Of a DNA stretch of 64,000 bases, positions 53,963-64,000 are shown piece after piece. The stretch is taken from NCBI GenBank assembly GCA_951406725.2, contig OX597819.1, positions 17,484,001 to 17,548,000 on the forward strand. Reading direction: 5' to 3'. The stretch is from Octopus vulgaris. Taxonomy: Eukaryota. The notes under the pieces were generated by a model, which was not told where the DNA came from, searched no databases, and was given only the letters and a program-made list of their open reading frames with translations. Within the stretch, counting starts at the first letter, position 1, and each line of letters starts with the position of its first letter. The position numbers and the translations under genes are program-made.

Positions 53963-54355
53963 AATGTCTCAAAGAGACATGAGCGGTGGTGGAGCGATAG
54001 AGAGGTTGTATACTGTCAACATAACTTGACAGTCCCGTAAGGGAATTACATCACCGCTATTTAGCCCTAGGAATCGTCGACGAAATTTAATATTTCTAAT
54101 TACGGTGACCAGTGAATAGATTTCACTGTAAATATGTATATTTGCGAAGGGTAGATAGGCATCTCAACCAGCAGGTCTCACTATTCTGGGCTGATGATGG
54201 GTTAAGACCCAGAAACATGCATGTCCTCAGGTGTGAATCCTAGCTGGTGGGGGATGCTTGCCTCCCCTTCGCAAATATAAGGACACAGGAAATGTGTCAA
54301 AGCTGACAGGAAGCGTCGATGCTTCCTAGGGCTAAACAGTTGACTGTATACAACC
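53963..54355 (+). mobile_element. Retrozyme-like element copy with inverted partial duplication
   Basis: Same hairpin/hammerhead/hairpin order as the 35.2 kb copy. TTTAGCCCTAGGAA (54060-73) is the reverse complement of 54323-36, and 54004-20 of 54339-55 (1 mismatch). Confidence 0.75.
54186..54230 (+). ncRNA. Type I hammerhead ribozyme with palindromic stem III
   Basis: CTGGG-CTGATGA-TGGGT-taag-ACCCA-GAAAC-ATGCAT-GTC-CTCAG. ACATGCATGT is self-complementary. Predicted cleavage after 54225. Confidence 0.9.
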
Positions 54356-54388
<33 letters not shown>

Positions 54389-54949
54389 TTGTTGTTGTTG
54401 TTGTTGTTGTTGCTATTAAGATGATGGTGATGACGAAAACTTTTCTTCGCTATCTTCAGTATTTATACATTATCCACTGGGCGCCACCCAGACACCTGAG
54501 GTAAATAAATAACGAATATGATGTTCTTAATACACTGGAAGATTTTATGATGCAGAGAAACGCTAAGACTAGATAAAGTTTCGAATGAAAAAAAAACAAA
54601 AAAAAATAACAGAAGAGAAAGCACGTGCGCCGACAAGAGCACAATAAAAACGTTATAAAATTATGAAATTTAAGGAGGTGATTCTATTCGTAGTGTTCAT
54701 TAGGTATTTTCTGTAATTCTTTTAAGCATGGTTCTCTTGCTTCTATAATTATCATCAATATTATTATCAGGCCGAACCAAATGCTTAAGAGCATTTTTTC
54801 CGGTTTTAGGTCGTATGCTAAATTTCCTAGCACTGGGATCAAGGAAATCGCCCGATCTCCTTCCACAAAATTTCAGGCCTTGTGTCAGTATTGGAAAGGA
54901 CAACAACAACAACAATTATTGTTATTATTATTATTGAGTGAGAGATCAG

Positions 54950-54950
54950 T

Positions 54951-55011
<61 letters not shown>

Positions 55012-55059
55012 CATCATTATCATTATTAATAATTTTTATTATTTTTATTATTTTTATTA

Positions 55060-55108
<49 letters not shown>

Positions 55109-55116
55109 CATTATCA

Positions 55117-55191
<75 letters not shown>

Positions 55192-55221
55192 ATATCATTA
55201 TTATTATTATTATTAGCATTA

Positions 55222-55279
<58 letters not shown>

Positions 55280-55290
55280 CATCATTATTA

Positions 55291-55324
<34 letters not shown>

Positions 55325-55325
55325 C

Positions 55326-55369
<44 letters not shown>

Positions 55370-55382
55370 CATTATCATTATT

Positions 55383-55426
<44 letters not shown>

Positions 55427-55454
55427 CATCATCATTATTATTATTATGATTATG

Positions 55455-55497
<43 letters not shown>

Positions 55498-55510
55498 TAT
55501 GATTATTATT
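54950..55510. repeat. (ATT/ATC)n microsatellite
   Basis: About 560 bp of trinucleotide tract, representative of dozens of (TA)n, (CA)n, (ATT)n, (CATA)n and (CTAT)n tracts across the window. Confidence 0.95.
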
Positions 55511-56298
55511 ATCCTGTGCTGACCCATTGGTCCGTGCTTTAAAATCGATCCGCAAAATTCTGGATTCTGTTCCGCGAGATATCAATTGCGCTTTATTTTC
55601 ATTTATGATCTTTGTATTGAGCGATTTTGGAAATCGAAAACGCACGGATTGGAATCCATAAAAGTTTTCTTTTTGTTTTAATCATTCAATCTTTCTCACA
55701 CAGTATAACTTTCTGATCAAACATAGTATCCGATACACAGGCGCCGCCTACAATTACAATGCTGTCAGACAGAAAGGAATCTCCTAACAACAACAACAAC
55801 AACAAACAAAGAGAAAAACGAAAAACAAAAATAACGGCCAAAGCAAATATTAATGACTAGACAAACAGAGATTGATTGTAGAAAGTGAATTGAAAAGTAA
55901 TGACATTTGAGAAAAACTTAACATTAAAGACAACACGTTTTACAACATAAAGCAAAACCAACAACAATAAGACTTGCATGTATTCAACGACTCTTGCAAA
56001 TAAAAGTGTTTTAAAGAAAGGTCAAACACCATTTTTTGGAAGTATGCATTCAGACAATGCAACCCCAGAGATGATTCATTCTACGGAGAAGACAAATGGA
56101 ACGGCATACATTGGTTCTAAGACAGGTGTCTGTCTCAATCTATTACACAATTATGAAAGATATGGTAGTGTACCTGTACCTTAAAATAGCTACGAGAGTT
56201 TCTTTTGTTCCATCAACGTGGCCATTAGCAGCGGCCCTTAAAGCTACATGGAGTGAAATCATTTTCATAGAATTTGGAGAGAGTATAGGTCAATATAT

Positions 56299-56520
56299 GG
56301 AGGCGAGTGGCTTAGTGGTTAGGGTATCAGCATCATGATCGTAAGATTGTGGTTTCGATTCCTGGACCGGGCGACGCATTGTGTTCTTGAGCAAAACACT
56401 TCATCTCACGTTGCTCCAGTCCACTCAGCTGGCAAAAATGAGTAACGTCGCGATGGACTGGCGTCCCGTCCAGGAGGGGAACACATACGTCGTAGAAACC
56501 GGGAAACCGGGTCCATGAGT
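56299..56520 (+). mobile_element. tRNA-derived SINE with CORE-like central region
   Basis: A-box-like TGGCTTAGTGG, B-box-like GGTTTCGATTCC, ttgagcaaaacactt...cagctggcaaaaatgagta, and gcgatggactggcgtcccgtccagg. Confidence 0.8.
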
Positions 56521-56699
56521 GCATTTATTCATTTTTATTATAGGTCCATATGCTTTGCATTCAAAAGCGAGAGCAAAAGTGATGCGTATATTTTCTATGC
56601 TGTAGAATAGGGCGAGAAGTAAAGCAAAGCCGCAAACATTCGAAGAGATATGAATATAGATAGGCAAAGCAAAAATAAAAATAAAACCACGAAAATCAG

Positions 56700-57204
56700 A
56701 GCATACACAATGGATGTGTTAGGTTGAGGCTCAGCTTAAGATGGGAAAAAGAAGGGATTTGTGATGTTTCGATCATTGCTCTTCGTCAGAAAGAGGAACG
56801 AGGAAAGATACGGAGAGAAAGAAAAGAATTGTCCGAGAAAAGTATGTGTGTGGTTACATGTCAGAAGTGAGCGGGGGTGATGGGGATTAAGGGAAAGTGG
56901 TTTTTGAAGGGAGGAGGGTGCGAGAATGGCCAGTGTGTGCATATGTGTGGTTTTAGTAGCATCTGTGTGTGTGTTTCTGTTTATGTCAGGGATGTATGTG
57001 TGAAGGAGTTGTGCATCAGGTTAGCAGCGGTGGTGAGAGACGAGGTGGCGAGTGTGCGAGAGTATTGGCATTGCTGTGTGTACGTATGTATTTATGTGTG
57101 TGTGTGTGTGTGCGTGCGTGTATACGGTTGTGTGTGTGTGTGCGCGCGGTAGCTATGTAGTATGTTCGTAAGTGTAAGTTAACATTTTTAAGGATTTAAG
57201 GATT

Positions 57205-57239
<35 letters not shown>

Positions 57240-57244
57240 ATATG

Positions 57245-57317
<73 letters not shown>

Positions 57318-58150
57318 GTGTGGAAGATAATTTAAAAATAAAAGTAATTAAAGAATTAAGAAATTAAAATCGACATAAACTTTAAATTAAAATTTTTTCA
57401 AAAAGTTAAGAAATTGAAATTGAATCAAATGATTAAAATTAAATTTAAGAAAACGAACCGAACGTGTTACAGGAAGAATGTTTTTTTTTTAGTTCAAATG
57501 GTGTCTGGGTCCGAAGAGAGATGTAGCGCTGTTGAAGGCGAAGTCTCGTGGTGGTGGATCCATGGTGTAAAGCCAAGCCGAAGACAGTGAGTCGTTCCGT
57601 GGAGTGGTTGGTAGAACGAAAATGACGGGCGACGAGGGTAATTTTATGCAGGCAGATATCCCGTAGGTATTCAGTTAACCGATCGGTTAGCCGACGGCCC
57701 GACTGACCGACATATAAAGAGTTGCAGAGGTTGCATTGGATGCAATAGATAATGTTGGAAGAGATGCAAAAGAAGGGCCCGGATGTGGATAGTGTGTTAG
57801 CTGGGTCTAGGTGATATTGATGATGAGTGGACAGGTGTGACAACGGGGTTTGGAGCTAGGGAAAGATCAAGAATTGAGCGAACTACGGACCAGTAAATCG
57901 CGTAGGTTACAGGTGAGTTTGAAGGAGGGTAGGGGCGGGTTGGGGAAACAGGGAGGGTGGTAGGATTGGATTGGAGACGAGGGAACGCCAGTAGGATTTT
58001 CCGACTAAGGGGTATGAAGGAGGGGTGGTAAAGAGGGGAAAAGGGATGTAATTGGAACATGGGTGTGGGAAAGGAGAGAGGGCAAATCAAATGGTGATGC
58101 TCAAACACGTCTGAAGTTCCATCAGACGTGCACACAAGATTTCCTACAAC
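56700..58150 (-). mobile_element. Penelope-like retroelement remnant (GIY-YIG endonuclease plus 3' pseudo-LTR with hammerhead-like motif)
   Basis: ORF 57445-57843 reads NIIYCIQCNLCNSLYVGQSGRRLTDRLTEY...VARHF. Downstream minus-strand motif CTTT-CTGACGA-A-GAG-caatg-ATC-GAAAC at about 56758-56794. Confidence 0.8.
57445..57843 (-). pseudogene. GIY-YIG endonuclease domain fragment of a Penelope-like element
   Basis: IIY...CxxC..LYVGQS.R.L..R motif. No upstream RT in frame. Confidence 0.8.
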
Positions 58151-58151
58151 T

Positions 58152-58580
58152 GTCATGGTTTTTGGAGTTGTCAGTAATGAAGGACATGTGATGCCTCCTC
58201 ACTTCTTTTCACTTAGAGTTAACTCTGCTGATTACCTTATGTTCTGGAAACGGTTGTCAGGCTCTGGATAGATAAAGCATACAATAAAAGGTCATACATT
58301 TTTCAGCAGGATCTGTGCCATCCCATAAGGCTCAGGCAACCTAAGAATTGACGGCTGACAATTTTTCATGATCACAAAACCCCAGATCTCAATCTATTGG
58401 AGTACTATGTGTGAAGAGTTTTTGAGAAAGAACTCAATCAACATCCCCAGAGCATCATGGATTATTCGAAAGCTACCAGAGACAGACTAGTAACCGAGGA
58501 CCGATTAACTGGGGCATGTACACGATACGGATCTAGCATAGAAGCAGTTATTGATGTTGAAGGTGGCTACATTGAATTAA
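58152..58580 (+). mobile_element. Tc1/mariner (DDD-type) transposase remnant
   Basis: Frameshifted VMVFGVVSNEGHVMPPHFF, FQQD, PSHKAQAT and PDLNLLEYYV (cf. SPDLNPLDY). Confidence 0.7.
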
Positions 58581-58771
58581 AGTTAGAAAGAAAATAATCT
58601 ACTTTCTATGTACAAATGTTCCCCTTGATAAAGTTGCTTTCTGTCATTATATACACACAGTGATGCTTTACTTTAGCGTCGTATATTATCGACTGCTATT
58701 TCCAGTAAATATTGGTGCATCGTTGTAACCACTATACTATACTATACTACACACACACACACACACAAACT

Positions 58772-58839
<68 letters not shown>

Positions 58840-58853
58840 CACATACATACATG

Positions 58854-58886
<33 letters not shown>

Positions 58887-59161
58887 GTAAAAGAGTAAAA
58901 GAGCGTGATACATACTCATAAATGTGCATGAGAAGTGATAGTATGACAAGTTGAGGCGACATATGCAAACACACACACTTATACACACGAATTTTCCAGG
59001 TGAAATGCACTTAGCTGCCCACGTTTTGACTTATCACGTGATCAAACGTTAATGGTGCTAACGGCACAGATTTAAGATTAAAAAATAACCGAGTCAGGGC
59101 GAATAAGTACACATACATACACATATGTATGTATATAAGTTTATGTATATATATGTATATA

Positions 59162-59203
<42 letters not shown>

Positions 59204-59899
59204 TATATATATATACACACACTTATGAATATATATATATGTGTGTGAATGTATATATTTATATATCTGTATATATGAATGTTGGTACAAAAGGACGCAC
59301 GTATATACCGTTTATGTTTATAGGTGTTTATATACATGTCGTTCGTCAAGAGATTTCAAAAACACGTTTTAACTTTTGTTTTGGCCAAATATAGCTTGTA
59401 TGGCAGATATGCATCAGGAACGCAGTCTTCTTCTTCTTCTTCTTCTTCTTCTTCTTCTTCTTCTTCTTCTTCTTCTTCTTCTTCTTCTTCTTCTTCTTCT
59501 TCTTCTTCTTCTTCTTTTTCGTCGTCCTCGTCGTCTGCATTATCGTCCTCGTCGTAGTCATGATGTTGATGATGATGATGATGATCAGCATCATCATCAT
59601 CATCGTCAATAACAACAATAATAGCATTAACAACAAGAACAATAACAACATCTTCCTAACATTACTTTCATTATTACGAAAAAAGAACCAAATAGTTAGT
59701 GCTGTTGTTGTTGTCGGTGTCATCATCAACATTATTATCATAACTATTATTATCGTTTGTATTATTAATGCTATTAATTTCTTTTCTATTATTATTATCA
59801 TTGTTGTTGTTGTTGTTGTTGTTGCTGTTGTTGATGTTGTTGTTGTTCTGCTGTTGTTATTAGTATAAAGGAAGTAACAATGGTAAAATTACACAGGAT

Positions 59900-59935
<36 letters not shown>

Positions 59936-60791
59936 AATTGTCATTATCTAGAAAACGGTTGCGGAGCAAAAAACGTGAAAGAAAAGAGCTGGACAGACAA
60001 CTGTATCAACAACATCATCATAAACAGCACAATACGTAGACAGCAACAACAACGTGAACAATCGCTAGAATAGCAACAAGGACAGCAGAATGTAGAGATA
60101 GCAATAAGAGTAATAGCAACAGAGCAATACAAAGACAATAACAACAACAACAACAACGGCTGCAGCAGTAGCAGCAACAGTAGCAGCAGCTATGACAACA
60201 AGAATATCAACAAAATCGTAATAGAGAAACAACTGTAACATTAGCAAATAATGAACAAAACAACTCAGACATAACTACAACAACAACAACAAGAAGACAA
60301 TATTCTGACGCCAATATCACTAACAAGAATAACGATAGAATAGGAATACAACGACAGCAAATAAGAAAATAAAAACAACGACAACAACATTGTAGAGATG
60401 TTAACAATAACAACAACGATAAGAATACAATAAAGGCCCCCAAAACAAAATAAACTAAATCGTATAGCTTGAAGAGAGACTATGAGATTGTAGACTGACA
60501 TTATCAATGAAAGCAATAATATTGGAACTGCAACAATAACACAAACAATACGGATACTTCATCATCAACAATAATATAGAGACATCAACAATAATACGGA
60601 GACATCAACGATTATAACAACAACAATAGGTCTTCAACAATAATGACATGCAGCAACAGGCTTCTTAAAACAGTAAGGATATTTATAACGATGGCAACAT
60701 TTCTAAATCTCTCTGTCCTTTCATCTACTCTCTTTCTCTCTCTCTCTCCCACCCTCTCTGTCTCACTTCATCTCTCTCCCCACCTCTCACT

Positions 60792-60840
<49 letters not shown>

Positions 60841-61198
60841 GTGAGTGTGTGTGTGTATGTGTCAGAATGTATATATATATATATATATATATGTAAACAC
60901 AAGCATGCGCGCACACACACTCAAGCACATACTCACACATACACACATGCACACTCATATAACTTCTTCAAAAAGCCGCGACCTTGATGCATTTCACGAT
61001 TCCGCGCTAAGAAGAATCTCTCGTTTCCATTCTGTCCTCTTAATTTCATGTACTTGAGATCAGGCCCATAACGTCCGCAGAGTTGAGCGGTCGTTTTCTT
61101 CTATTGCACCAGATTTCAAAATTTAACGTACATGCATACGTACGTACATACATACATACATACATACATACATACATACATACATACTATGCACATAC

Positions 61199-61495
61199 GA
61201 GCCTTGGATCTAGGTTAGAAAGCCACTCTCTCTATTGACAAGTGATCTTGAAATAAAACTGAAGACTGACATACATACATACATACATACACACATACAT
61301 ACATACATACATACATACATACCAACATACATACATACATAAATACATACATACGTACATACATACATACATAGAAATAAAACTACCCAGTTGTTGATGT
61401 TGAAATTCCGATGAAGGAGCCATGATTCTAGGTTAGAAACCGGCTCTTTCTCTTGGCAAAAAACTTGAAATAAAACTGAACAGTGACAAATATAC
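61199..61495 (+). repeat. About 218-bp tandem repeat with internal (CATA)n
   Basis: gagcc..gatctaggttagaaa..ctct.tctc...cttgaaataaaactgaa...tgaca occurs at about 61199 and 61417. Confidence 0.75.
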
Positions 61496-62851
61496 AGATA
61501 TAGAATGAAGGTCAGGTGTTGTTGCCAGGGAGCTGCATATATTCTGTGCCGTTACTGGAACAAATTCGAGTTGATTTTTAGCTTCCTTAATGGCCATACG
61601 TTCAGTGTTTGGATTGAGAGACTGACAGACCCTGACTAAAACGTTCTCAAGTTACGTTTTGCGAACACAATTGTGGACGAACCGTGAGAGGAAGTTTATT
61701 AGTAAAGTCAAAATCAGAGAGACACAAGGGGTTCTGACTTAAATATTAGCTCTTCATGATAACGAAATAGTTGCATGCGATGACGTCAGCATTTTGCATA
61801 TGAATCTGTGGAAGTACTGCAACACGTAGGTCTATATTCCTTCCCTCCAAAATAACCGCTCTAGTTGGAAACTCTTTAGGTGCACCGTCTATGATTTGTT
61901 CAGAGAATGACGGATTTTCTTTTTGTGTGTGTGTGTGTGTGCGTGCGTGCGTGTATATGCAAGTGGGTGTGTGTCCTTGTGCGTGCGTGTTCGTGTGTAT
62001 GTGTGTTTGTGTGTGTGTATACGTGTGTGTGTGTGCATGTGCGTGCGTGTATGTGTGAATGTGTGTGAGTAAGTGTGTGTATGTGTTTCGGTTTTGTCTC
62101 TACCATTACTCTTTTCTCTGTGTCTATGTTACATTGAAAATAATGGAAAAAGGAAAATATAAGGATGAATATTAAATATGAGTAAAAGAGGATGTGTAGA
62201 TAAAGCATGAGATACAGTTTGGTAAAAGAGGGTCAATACCAGAGAGAGAAAAAAAAAGAGGGGGAGAGAGAGGAATCTGAAAAGAACAAATGAACAGTAA
62301 AAAGAGAAAACGAAATATTAAGTAAAATAAGGTAAAAATAATTCTCATTGCAAACTTTGCATTTCAATTATTTTTTTCTAAATCACATTCGTGGTGACTC
62401 CGTAATATGGACTTATCCTTTTTTCAACATTTAGTGAACACTTACGACTTTCCATTGAAATATATCTCTGATTTTACTAAGTGTTTGAAGATACACCGCA
62501 TGTTTTTGTGTTATTCAAAGGCTTTCAGTTTACAGTGCACAGCTATGTTTGTTTGAGGATTAGGGTGTACGTCGAAAGCTTCGGTGCATGTCATTTATAT
62601 ATTAGAGTTCCTGCGTGAAGAGGTCTGATTATTTAGTCTTATTTTAAATAGAATGATCGTTAGCTTTCGCGTTTACAGATTTTAATTACACGTCATACGT
62701 GAGAGCTTTCACCTGCACCACACGTACAAACTCGCATATACACAGGAAACACACCCGCAAACACACGAATATAAACAAACATACTTTAAAGTAGAACTAT
62801 ACTAAAATCCGCAGGTAATTACATGTAATAACTGAAAGAAGTAATATATAA

Positions 62852-62911
<60 letters not shown>

Positions 62912-63312
62912 TGTATGTGTGTCGTATATGTGGGCATAAGTGTGCGTGTGCATATATAAGAACATACATACGTAAATATGTATATATATCTCTTTTCACA
63001 CCCGACACCGTTTGGAAATCAGTGCTCATTTAAAGCCAGTGAACAGCATTTGACGATGGGGGTATGACTTTAAATCTCTTTAACAATTCAAAATAATGAC
63101 TTTTATACCTCTTAATTCTACCTCAGTTCATCTAATTGTATATATTTATCGCTGGTCTCCATAAAAAAGCCTTTATTTTCTATATCTAATGTGCATTTTC
63201 TCTTTTTTCGTTTTACTTTTCCCATATTTATACCACGTGTAGTCTCTTTTCACTTTGAAACCTATTTCTATTATATACATACCTATACACACACACACAC
63301 ACACACACGCGC

Positions 63313-63371
<59 letters not shown>

Positions 63372-63404
63372 CATATATATACATATACATATATATATAT
63401 ATAC

Positions 63405-63435
<31 letters not shown>

Positions 63436-63468
63436 CATATATATATACACATATATATATACATATGT

Positions 63469-63523
<55 letters not shown>

Positions 63524-63545
63524 TGTATATAATTATGTATGTATG

Positions 63546-63583
<38 letters not shown>

Positions 63584-63860
63584 TACGAATAAATTTCTAA
63601 ATTCATTGTTAAAAATGGAAGAAATTACAAGATTCATGTTCATTCCTTGTTACCTACAAGTAAAAGTGGCAAAATTCAGCGACAGACATCGTTACAGAGA
63701 TACTTGCACGAGAAATCACTTCAAATATTAATAAACTTCACAAAGGTTATATAGCTCCAGACTAAATCATAAACAACCAATAAATATTTATGATAATTTT
63801 TAACATATGAATTTTAAAATGGAAGCCAAAGTTTTCTGTAATCTGTTTGAAAAAATTACC

Positions 63861-63999
<139 letters not shown>

Positions 64000-64000
64000 T

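Noticed and set aside
54460-54500. Possible 41-nt exon (pyrimidine tract + CAG ... GAG|GTAAAT)
   Set aside because: Splice-like motifs alone are common by chance. No recognisable peptide or partner exons.

Overview
This is AT-rich eukaryotic intergenic or intronic DNA, saturated with microsatellites and transposon debris. The SINE families and (TA)n/(ATT)n/(CATA)n density suggest a cephalopod, probably Octopus (inference). No host protein-coding gene is supported, and nearly all listed ORFs are microsatellite translations. The recognisable mobile content is several tRNA-derived SINE families, decayed Tx1/L1-like and R4/Dong-like LINEs, a Penelope-like element (PLE) with a GIY-YIG remnant, a mariner-type remnant and a non-autonomous Helitron. 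Three signals stand out. (1) A family of about 350-360 bp non-coding, highly base-paired monomers, each with a type I hammerhead ribozyme and a direct or inverted terminal duplication. Three divergent copies (about 28.8, 35.2 and 54.0 kb) show structural covariation, making this a retrozyme-like candidate circular-RNA element. (2) A candidate non-circularly permuted (pseudoknotted) hammerhead at 19070-19133. (3) A full-length 7SL/SRP RNA copy fused to the 3' tail shared by the local SINEs and embedded in (TA)n, which is either a candidate 7SL-derived SINE or a chimeric retrocopy. All structures were assigned by eye and no folding or database search was run.
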